NCBI GenBank assembly: GCA_951406725.2
Contig: OX597817.1
Span: 84,010,001-84,074,000 of the forward strand
Reading direction: 5' to 3'
Source of the DNA: Octopus vulgaris
Lineage: Eukaryota
DNA: 64,000 nucleotides
Both the position numbers and the translations under genes were made by a program. Positions 52,684 to 64,000 of the stretch are shown here, in pieces. The notes under the pieces were generated by a model. The model saw only the letters and a program-made list of their open reading frames with translations, was not told the DNA's origin and ran no database searches. Position 1 is the first letter of the stretch. Each line of letters starts with the position of its first letter.

Positions 52684-53790
52684 GAATATACCATAAAAAG
52701 TATAAAGAAATGGAGAAAAGATGTTGAAACAGAAATAGATATATTATAAAATTGAATTCAATGCATACGTATGTTTCGAAAAACACTGTAAAAATGTAAG
52801 AAAAAATTTTAATCATAGTGATTATAATTATAATTGAAAATAAAAAATTAAAATTAAGAATAAAATTTAAAATAAAATTCTGAATTAATTAATAAAAAAT
52901 AAAATGTGAATTAATATATATTTTCTCCTTCATATATTCGTCTTTGTTTCTTATCTTTCGATTTTTTTCAATCGCCTCTCCTACCCCTGGCAAATTCTTT
53001 GAGTTGAGAAATTCTGTTGAATACACTGGCCTACCCTCTCTTTAATCGCCGTCTCTCTTTGAAAAAACTTGGGTTTTGTCTCTGCTTTTATTCTCAAACA
53101 TAGTCTTGGTCATCAGCTTTAAGCTCCTGGTAAATAATACACACATATTTACTCGTTTTTCAATAATATTATTATGTATACGTATAACCCTCTATGGTTT
53201 TCTTATGCTAGTGAAATTGTTACATTGTACTCTAATAAACACAGGTAGCCTTCTTTACACTGTACTTCGTCTAGAACGGTGTTTATTATTATTATTTTTT
53301 TAAACACATCCGTTAGATTCTTATGTTATAATTTCACTGCACATATACACTTGCATACACATTGATATATTTTAATTTTTATATTTCGTCTCTCTCACCA
53401 TTATTATTGTTGATATCATTATTTTTCCGTTCAGAACTTGGTTTGTAAATTACTCGATTTCCCTTATTGCCTCATGTGTGTTCTCTTGTATCTTATTTTA
53501 TTTTATTTTTATCTCATTTTACTTTCTCTTATTAAACTTTTTTGATATCCTTCAAAAGATTCCTCACTGACGAGAATGGCAATGCATAAATTAAATATTA
53601 ATTTATATTTTTATTCTGAATTTTAATTTTCTATTTTCAATTATAATTATAATTATTATGATTCAAATTTTTTCTTACTTTTTTACATTGTTTTTCGAAA
53701 CGAACGTATGCATTGAATCCAGTTTTATAATAAATCTATTTCTGTTGCAGCATCTTTTCTCCATATTTTATACTTGTTTATGGTATGTTC
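52684..53790. repeat. Inverted-repeat pLTR module with an HHR-like motif at 53565-53710 (+)
   Basis: Arms ~52684-52865 and ~53607-53790; CTGACGA-GAA...TTC-GAAA-CGAACG-TA. Confidence 0.75.
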
Positions 53791-53828
53791 CAACCGTGCG
53801 TTGGAGCGGATAATTGAAGTTTAATATT

Positions 53829-54230
53829 ATTAGTGAATGGAATAAATGGAGTTGAACGAAGATTGTACAGAATACCTTTTATTACATTCTACACATGTTT
53901 CGAAGGCCACAAATTTCCAAATTCTGTTTAAATAAGGGTACCATATTGCGGCTTTCTCTTCAGGAAAAAAAACAGGAATTCCGTTGACAGGACAAAACAA
54001 AACAGAGGCACAGCAATTCGAACGAAGATGCTCCTTAGGAGCCCATGGCTGAACTCTGTTTTGTTTTGTCCTGTCAACGGAATTCCTGTTTTTTTCCTGA
54101 AGAGAAAGCCGCAATATGGTACCCTTATTTAAACAGAATTTGGAAATTTGTGGCCTTCGAAACATGTGTAGAATGTAATAAAAGGTATTCTGTACAATCT
54201 TCGTTCAACTCCATTTATTCCATTCACTAA

Positions 54231-54231
<1 letters not shown>
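53829..54231. repeat. Near-perfect ~400-bp palindrome
   Basis: Arms 53829-54007 and 54054-54231 appear to differ only by one base in an A/T run; 46-bp spacer. Confidence 0.95.
54094..54173 (+). ncRNA. Hammerhead motif (mirror copy at 53887-53966 on -)
   Basis: TTC-CTGAAGA-GAAAGCCGCAA..TTGTGGCCTTC-GAAA-CATGTG-TA-GAA. Confidence 0.75.
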
Positions 54232-54319
<88 letters not shown>

Positions 54320-54463
54320 GTATATATAAATAGATGTGTATGTTTTTCTTTTGTTAACAATTAACACGGAAAAAATAGATAAATAATAAATAATAAATAA
54401 AAAAAATAGATATATAAGTTACATGTTATTAGTCTGTGGCGAAAGAAGGTATTTCTAATCAAC

Positions 54464-54538
54464 GCTACACGTGTTTCTGCGCTGAGGTATGTATCAAGGC
54501 TACTCCTACTACATAAATCCACCAGTTCATCCTCAGGC
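54464..54538 (-). ncRNA. Hammerhead motif
   Basis: GC-CTGAGGA-TG...CA-GAAA-CACGTG-TA-GC. Confidence 0.65.
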
Positions 54539-54549
54539 TATTTATCTTA

Positions 54550-54599
<50 letters not shown>

Positions 54600-57050
54600 T
54601 ACGTGTCAAAGTTAAAAATACATATTAAAAGTCATATTAGATAAAAAATAAAAATGAGAATAAAAATATGATAAAAATATATAAATTACAAATATATTTT
54701 TTAAAAATGAAACACCTAAATTACAATATCGATATATATAGAAACTTCTAAACCTTAGGAAATCATCCACGACTAAATTATAAACACATCAAATCCTACA
54801 ACATATATAAATAAACATTATGGGAATTAATAATTCAGTGTAAGATTTACCCCTATCTATACAAGTATAAAAAACCATTTTTTATGTCAAACGTAAGTCA
54901 ATAGTGTTTAATAAGATCATTTAGTAAAAAAACCACTACGTACGTTATAAACTTATTGAATAAAACTAGAAAAAAAAATTAAAATCGGAAGAATATTTAT
55001 CGACATAAATATTTACTCCTTTCGTTCGAGTGTAAATGGCCGCTCCCTCTGTCATGCGCTAAGTATTATGGGAATAACATAGATAAAATAAAACACTCTG
55101 AAAAATTCTCTAAAACTAATATTAGAGAGGTTGAATTCAATGGGAGATAATAACTAGAAATATGTTATACTCATAAACCTAGATTTATGTTAGATAAATG
55201 TGGCCTGTCTATTCCTTTTAATGTAATCTTGTTTAATAAATTCTTGGTTCTTGGTATATCCGTATCTAATACAACAATAAATTATATTATAACTTCATTT
55301 AACTATCTTCCTCATAATTGTGTAAGATGAAATACTGGGGAGGTTATAATTTTATATATTTTTTCATTTTATTATACGTAAAGTTATACTTATATCGGCA
55401 TTTTATTTCCCCTCTCTTCTATACTGTTCAGTAATAACCCTCTCCACTGGAGTACTTTCATAGACTCTGTTGTGCATAATAAGCTCGAAAAATAATTACT
55501 GGGATCGATTCATTCGTCTAAAACCTTTCAAGGTGGTGTTCCGTCATGGCCTCAGTCCAATGATTGAAACAAGAATAAGTTAAATGATACTGCAAAATTT
55601 CATTAGAAATGCGTTTTTCAGAAATTTATAAGTAAACTCGTTCTGATCTTCGTATGAAAGCTCACTCTCCTTCGCCCTCTATACACAGTAAAACATGAGT
55701 GGATAAACCAGAGATCTACAACAAGGCGTACTGAGACAACTGTTGACAATAAGTCAGGTTTCGTGTGGTTAGACGGAGAATAGGCCGATGTGAAGAGAAG
55801 ATAAATGATTATTCAAGAACCAAGGAAGAGAAGGTGTAAGTTTTTATTGGAGGAGATAGTTGGCTTGTAAATACAGCAACTCATATATTACCTTTATCTT
55901 CCATATTTATACATGAATAAATTTTATAAAGTATATTACACGACGAAACAAAAAAACAAAGGAGAGTTATAGTTTGTCTTTAATTGTCTATTAATTGTGG
56001 CTTCCCTCTTAATAAGTGGACTGGAAAATTTTAGCTACATGTATCTTAAGAGAAAACTTATTATCTCGCTTCTGTTGTCTTGGCTAATGTTCATTTTTAT
56101 CTGCCGTTATATGTATATATGTATATCATGCAAATACCTTAAGAGCAAGTAAGCCGATAGTCATAGAAGTACTTATCAAGGCCCATAACTTTGGATTAAT
56201 TGTTATAACATACCTAGTCCAATATTATAGAAGTTGAAAGGAAGGAAACACAATTCTGCTTTATATATTATTTCCTATTTTCTTAATAAAATATTACTTA
56301 GGAATATATTTCAAATCCTTGGTAACAAATTCTTTTTGATTTCTATCAAACTCCACTTTTAATTATAGCAATTTGTTTCCCCAAAATAATAGAGTGATAA
56401 AATGCTTAATGCATTCTTCAAAAGAAAGTAGAACATCAACGTTAAATATCGCCATAAGATTCACTAGTAAACAACCCACAACGATTTTTTTTAGAATACA
56501 TCTTACTGTCAGAAATCTTACTACTCCTGTGCAATCACCTACTATAATAGCTAGACAATACTTATTAGTAAGGTTCGTATTTAAAATAAATGGATTTATC
56601 AAATTCTGATTTCGACTCCAACAGACTTATTTTAATTCATTTCTGTGAATTATTTTCTTCTGCATGAATGCCAACAACGCTTAAAACTCTTTTAAGTAGA
56701 GACAGCATTCATATCTAATGGTGTCTGAATGCTTTTCCTCCTCTTTTGTTCTAGGATAATCATTTATTTTCTCTTCCTGTTGGCCTACTTCTTTTCCTCT
56801 ACCACATAAAACATTATAAAGTATTGAGTAATTATCAATGGGTTTCAGCCAAAGCTACCTAACAACGTAGTATGTACACGCACACGCACACACACACACG
56901 CACACACACACACACACACACATACACACACACACAAACACACGTGCATATATATTGATACTTATACACACACATATATTTATAAATAAATGTGTGTGTG
57001 TGTGAATATATATATTTATGTATATACATATAAACATATATATATATAAG

Positions 57051-57081
<31 letters not shown>

Positions 57082-58779
57082 CAAGAAAGACAGAGACACA
57101 GACAGAGAGACAGACAGAGACAGAGACAGACAGACAGACAGTTGTGCATAAATACATACCTGCATATAATTCTCTAATATCTCAGTTTGCTTTTTACTCC
57201 TCGAGACAAAACTGCAAGAAATAAAATTTCAATGAATTAATTTATTCATTTATTTGTTTATTTACATTTGCTCTACTTTCATTCATTCATTCAAATGAAG
57301 TTCGCCTGCTTTTAACGCAAGCCATTTTCTACGTTATTTTATCATGTCTGTAGACAGAATCGTATATAAAACTAAATAAACAAGGATCAATCTGGTATCG
57401 AACTTTCCTTGCCTCTAGCGTTGTTGCACTATTTCCGGAATTCTTACGTCGATGTTCGTTTATTTATTTATTCCCATCTTATATTTGTTTATATGTTTTG
57501 TTTATTCGTTTTATTTGATACGGAGCTCTGCATGCCAGTTGAAAAATCAATTCTTACGCATTACTTAAGTAATCGTTTGCGATATCAATTTTCCTTACAA
57601 TTTGTATCTCAAAAGGTAAAAACTTGGAGACATATAATTACTTAGTCATTTTCTCAAGGTATTTGTCTCTAATTTGAAGCAACTGATGATTGCAAGAATG
57701 TTGACATGTAACGCTGTCTGAATTTTATCAATATATAGTTTTGCTAATACGTAGAACATTGGTTTGTAATAAGAATTCTAGCTTTCATCTTCTAAAACAT
57801 ATATGTCAACATTTATCCGTTCACATTCGTATATCTGTGTGTACAAATTTGCCTTGTATGTGTGCATGTACATCAATGAGTGCGAATATTTCCAAGTAAC
57901 GTATGCATCAGTATAGATAAATACAACTTTGTTTGTATATGTATATGTATATGTATATATATATTGTATTGATTTTAGGAACAAGTCGTATGTTTACATG
58001 CTAGGTTAATAAAATTTGTACGTCGCTATGTGCATGTTAAATACATTTTCCTAGTGTGGTGCATTTTATTAAGATGCTAATTGTTTGTTTAAAGTGCATA
58101 TATTTCTATAATATATAAATATAAGATGCGAGTCAGTGCATGATATATACAATCCGTCAAGATTTTTGTAGAAGGTGAAGCATAGTTATATAATTGATGC
58201 AGTCTTCTGTGAGATCTGTCAAGTTGGTTAGATATATAGTCAGGTGTAAAGTGTATATCCTAGCAACGTGCGCCTGTATACGCTCTATTATTCAATTTGC
58301 ACGTATGTTTATGTTTTCTTAGGCGTGCAATGCATTCCTATGCTTTTCGAATCAATCTACATGATATGCTACTACCAGTCGTAAGTAAATGAAACTGAAC
58401 CTAAGGAAAATATCAAAATATGATTGTCACATGCCAAGTTTCTTATCTATAAATGCACACATATGTATTTATCTCAGTAAATTTGTGTTTAGGCTCACGT
58501 GAGCAAGATTCGTTTAGAAATGTATGAACACACTTAAAAAAGGCAATGCCTATGTTTATCGACAGACATGTCAGTCAACGACAGCAGACATTATAGCAAA
58601 CTTATATAAACTTTCCGCCAAAATGTTTTTCGAAGTTTCTAGAAATATTGCTCGTGGATTACAAAAGGTTGGCGATTTGAACCCTCAAACAAAGCAACCA
58701 CACTTTTCACATGGAACTCTGTCACTTTGCTCTGCAAGATGTGCTCTCACTTCCTTTTACTTCTCCTTGCATAATATGT

Positions 58780-59095
58780 GGAGGTGCAACGGCCCAGTAA
58801 TTGGGGCAGCAGATTCGCGGTCGGAGGATCGCGGTTTCGATTCCCAGATCGGGCGTTGTGTGTGTTTATTGAGCGAAAACACCTAAAGCTCCACAAGGCT
58901 CCGGCAGGGGGGTGGGGTGGCGACCCCTGATGTACACTTTCGCCCCAACTTTCTCTCATTCTCTCTTCCTGTTTCTTGAGTAACGCTGCGATGGACTGGC
59001 GTCCCGTTCAGCTGGGTGGGTGGGAACATACGCCATAAAAACCGGGAAACCGGGCCCATGAGCCTGGCTAGGCTTGAAAAGGGCGCATAAAAAAA
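58780..59095 (+). mobile_element. tRNA-derived SINE with V-SINE-like domain
   Basis: B-box-like GGTTTCGATTCCC; CTGCGATGGACTGGCGTCCC..GAAACCGGG; A-rich tail. Confidence 0.7.
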
Positions 59096-59463
59096 TAAAC
59101 ATAACATGTACTGAATATATGATTATCTTTATGCTTTAATTCCTACATTCATGCATATATACATGCAGACATTGTTCTATATAATTATGTTTTCTTTTCT
59201 ATTATATTTATGATAATAATGGATATAATAAACATGTTAACTAAACATTCCCTTTGTCCTCCACATTGTAAAGCTTTAAATGACACATACGTCCTCTCAA
59301 AAATGGGGTAGAGTTAATATAATATAAATATACTCTGACATATGTAGCATACAAACAGTTTAATATAAATATTTAACACGCAATTTATTGTGGTTATCCT
59401 TGTCTAAAAATAAAGCCTCTTACTTTATTACCAATGAATGTATAATTTTCAAACAGACACATG

Positions 59464-59504
<41 letters not shown>

Positions 59505-59815
59505 ATAGATAGAGAAAGCGGTGGGGGAGATATGACCTGTAAACGCACCATAAATTCTGCGGATGATACCAAGCATTTGAACTAAATCACGTACACTACA
59601 GCCCATCAACGATCCAAATGAATAATGGGTATTTCTATTCGCTTCTATATTATAGAGATAATCTCATTGGTTTGATGTGGTGCTTCTGATAAATTAAAGC
59701 GCTGATGTTGAAATTTTAATTGTTATGTAGCTTAGAATATTACACATGCCAATTTCTTTGAATTCTTGATCTTCGTTCGACCTATGATGTGATGATATGG
59801 AAATCACGCTGGTGT

Positions 59816-59880
<65 letters not shown>

Positions 59881-59896
59881 GTGTTGGGGGTATATG

Positions 59897-59996
<100 letters not shown>

Positions 59997-60051
59997 CCCC
60001 CAACACACACACACATATATATATATATATACATATATATATACATATATA

Positions 60052-61328
60052 TCAGGTTATCCCATAAGTTCTGTCCGATTTTTACCTTTGTTAAAATTGA
60101 ATGAAATTTAATAGTATTTTAGAATGTTTAATGGAATTTAGAATTACTTTTATGTATTTGTGTACGTTTAAACCAATTAGATATTATTTTACAGAATAAC
60201 AGAATTAAAATTACTTTGATTAAAACCCTTTCTAACATGGAAGTATCCAAAGACCATTTAAAGCACATAATGTTTTATGAGTACATGAAATGAAACTCTG
60301 CAGCCGAAGCGACTCGAAACATGCACTCAGTTTATGAGAAAGAATGCCTGAATGTAAGAACTTGGTTTGCAAAATTCAGAAGTGGAGATTTCAGCCTTGA
60401 AGATGAAGATCGAACAGGACGTCCAGTTGAGTTTGATGATAAGCTCCTCGAAGCATTACTTGACGAAAATCTTGCATTATCATTTGAAGAATTGGCAATA
60501 AAGCTTAGTTCAAACCATACAACTGTTCTTCGTCATCTTCAACAACTTGGAAAGGTTCCTAAACTTGGAAAATGGGTGGCTCACGAATTGTCCGAAAGCA
60601 ACCGCAAATCCCGAGTTGACATCTGCTCTTCTCGCCATTCTCACGAAATCATTTCATCCTTTTTGGATAGACTTGTGACTGATGACGAAAAATGGATCTT
60701 CTATCGAAATGTTAAACGTCGTAAGCAGTGGCTTGGTAAAAGGGAAAAATCTCAACCACAACCAAAAAGGAAACTTAATGGAAAAAGTTTCTTCTCTCTA
60801 TCTGGCTGGATTGCCAAGGAGTAACTCACTTTGAATTGTTACCACCTAATGCAACAATCAATGCTCAAGTCTACTGTCAGCAACGAGAGCGTTTGAACCA
60901 AGCTTGGAAGAAAAAGACCCGCTTTAGTTAATCGAGAAGGAGTGATGTTTCATCAGGACAATGCGCGACCCCACACTACAAAGATCACATCAGAGAAGAT
61001 CGAAGAGTTCGGTTGGGAAAAAATTCCTCATCCATCTTATTCTCTAGACCTTGCTCATTCAGACTACCATTTGTTTCGTAGTTTACAGAATCATTTGAAG
61101 GACATAACTTTCGCAAGCGAGGAGGAGGTCGAAACTGACATTTCAGAGTTCTTCGCTTTGAAGCCAAAAGAGTTTTACATTGATGGGATTAAAAAGCTTG
61201 TAAATAGATGGAAAGAAGTCATAGATAATCAGGGAAAGTACATAGATGATTAAATTTCAATTAAATATAACATTTGATCACTTGTTTTCTTTATTCCAAA
61301 ATCGGACAGAACTTATGGGATTACCTGA
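60052..61328 (+). mobile_element. Full-length mariner (third family), transposase with stops/frameshifts (ATG 60237 to ~61253)
   Basis: TIRs TCAGGT(T/A)ATCCCATAAGTTCTGTCCGATTTT; TA flanks; WVAHEL, VTDDEKW, HQDNARPH and YSLDLAHSDYHLF motifs. Confidence 0.96.
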
Positions 61329-61329
61329 T

Positions 61330-61391
<62 letters not shown>

Positions 61392-61441
61392 CATTTTATA
61401 AAGGGCTTAGTAAAATAAATACTTTGCCACATACTGAACTC

Positions 61442-61497
<56 letters not shown>

Positions 61498-62167
61498 AGA
61501 TGTATATTATATATATCATATATATCATATGTATATATTATATATTATATATATTACATATATATTATATATATTATATACATATATAATATATATATTA
61601 TATATATATTTTATATATGTATTATATATTATATATATTATATATATATATTTTATGCTTTTTACCCAAGTGGCTGCGGTCGTGCTGGAACACCACCATG
61701 GCACTCTCTGCTTATGATGTGCTCTCTACACGTTCATTGCATGGCATTTCCCCGGCAGCTGATGTAGTCCAATCAAGACTTTCGATGGCACATCGGGTGT
61801 ATAAGAGAATTTGACATCGCTGACCTCAACTGTGTCTGATTTCGAGCCATCGGTTCGTCTGGTGTCGTGGATAGGAAAGTGTCGAGTTTTTATTTTTTGA
61901 AAACCTCTACACCCATGCCTTGTCGGTCTCTCAATTGTTTTGGCAGGGCATTAAAGAGCTGAGTTCCTCTGAAACCGAGGCTGTTGCTATAACTTGTTCT
62001 TATGTGAGATGCAGTGGACAGTACCATGCAATGGCGACCTGTGCGGGTGTTCGTATAGTACTTGATGCCAAATAGTATAGTATATTATATATATATATAT
62101 ATATATATATTATGTACATATATAGATATATCAAAGAAATATATGATATATATATGATATATATATA

Positions 62168-62301
<134 letters not shown>

Positions 62302-63224
62302 CTTGCAAATGCACTCGTCCTTTGCACGGTTTAAGCTGCTTTGGTGTATGAGTAGCATGGCAATCTATGTTTCCGATTAACCTAAGAACAGAAGACCAAA
62401 TTGAAGGTTGGTTACTGTGGAAGTCGTTGCAATTCTAATGATCATACATCCTATAAGTTTGCAAGCGATGCAAAGCAGAGCTACTGAAGTGTTTTGAGAG
62501 TAGATTACTCATAATGACTACAAAATATTGTTGTTTTACATGAAAGCGAAATTTCTTGTCAGAAACAATCACCTACATTTTGTAAGGGAATTGAAGGAAA
62601 GCGTTGAAACTTCAGCTCTGTGACTTTATTTTATTCAACAGCAAAGGGAACTATTTTTTAGGAGAGAAGTATGATTGGTATGTTAAAAAATGACAATAAC
62701 CTACTTGAAAAAGTAGATTTAAAGAAATGTATTTACTACGTGCTTACAGTGTGCGACGACTCTGAAATTGACTTCAGGTAACGAAAAATAAAGACATGAA
62801 GAGTTCGACTTCAGTTCACGAATACTACTTTGAATCTTTAGCAGTTCGCAATGAAAAGATGTTGCATTGTAAGGCAGACAAATAATATATATTAAAAAAG
62901 TGAAAATACCTAAACAATATTCTGTAATGCAAATATACGACTATATAGATTTAAAAAGTATGAAAAACAGTCGAAATAAATAAATAGATAAAACCCTTTC
63001 ACTTTTATAACAGTCTCTAACCAAAAACACAAAATCAAAACATACCGATACACATACAAAAAAAATGGAAAGTAATAATGCATAATTACAGCATATAAAT
63101 AAATAATAAATAGAAAATGTGAAAACCACTAAAAAAGATTCTCTAATATACGACCATACAGAGTAAAAAATTATGGACGACCCTAGATGCAAAACAACTA
63201 GGTACATACAACGAATTAGAGAAA

Positions 63225-63399
63225 AACCCGTGTAAACCACTGTTTTTCACGGTTTGTCATTCTACGCGGAAGCTCTGGGCAAAATGTTATAGTGCATGAC
63301 CATCCTTAGGACATAAGTAATGTTCATATAAAGTTCGGTGGAAATCGATTGAGAATTGTTGAAATGTACGCGTTAGCCAATACACATACACATATTGTG

Positions 63400-63410
<11 letters not shown>
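63225..63410 (+). mobile_element. Helitron-like non-autonomous repeat 3' end
   Basis: AAAGTTCGGTGGAAATCGATTGAG...(AC)..TTTATATA, resembling the 3599/4779 ends. Confidence 0.4.
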
Positions 63411-63459
<49 letters not shown>

Positions 63460-63554
63460 TATATATATATCTTATATCACGGGAGATAGGGCGAAAAGCG
63501 ACCTGTCTCCAGCATACTTGAAGTGCTGAATTAATAAATGAATTAATATGACTT

Positions 63555-63599
<45 letters not shown>

Positions 63600-63601
<2 letters not shown>

Positions 63602-64000
63602 TCTTTACTCTTTTACTCTTTTACTTGTTTCAGTCATTTGACTGCGGCCATGCTGGAGCACCGCCTTTAGTCGAGCAAATCGACCCCGGGACTTATTCTT
63701 TGTAAGCACAGTACTTATTCTATCGATCTCTTTTGGCGAACCGCTAAGTGACGGGGACGTAAACACACCAGCATCGGTTGTCAAGCAATGCTAGGGGGAC
63801 AAACACAGACACACAAACATATACACACACATACATATACATATATATACATATATACGACAGGCTTCTTTCTGTTTCCGTGTACCAAATCCACTCACAA
63901 GACATTGGTCGGCCCGGGGCTATAGCAGAAGACACTTGCCCAAGATGCCACGCAGTGGGACTGAACCCGGAACCATGTGGTTGGTTAGCAAGCTACTTAC
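63600..64000 (-). mobile_element. CORE-type SINE, young copy, runs off the window
   Basis: Nearly identical to 10245-10445 plus 11810-11955. Confidence 0.9.

Noticed and set aside
53830-54230. Mirror ORFs with identical C-termini on both strands
   Set aside because: A consequence of the palindrome, not a duplicated gene.
56363-56609. Overlapping ORFs with a GDFNVD-like trace
   Set aside because: Too weak to support a LINE endonuclease or host exon call.

Overview
Repeat-dense, AT-rich animal genomic DNA, most likely an octopus (inferred from its SINE families and microsatellite spectrum). No intact host gene is evident, and most listed ORFs are microsatellite translations. Recognisable content: four TIR-bounded mariner (DD34D) pseudo-elements plus remnants; tRNA-derived SINEs (CORE-, Meta- and V-type); decayed Tx1/L1-like, Jockey/CR1-like and R4/Dong-like LINEs; Helitron-like and MITE/foldback elements; and many Penelope-like element (PLE) fragments of at least two lineages (Neptune-like and Hydra-like). 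The main signal is about 18 type-I hammerhead-ribozyme (HHR) motifs, ranging from intact to degenerate. They have diverse stems and nearly always a self-complementary (palindromic) stem III. Most lie in short cassettes or fold-back modules embedded in (TA)n tracts, including a near-perfect ~400-bp palindrome at 53829-54231. All calls were made by eye; boundaries of decayed elements are approximate.
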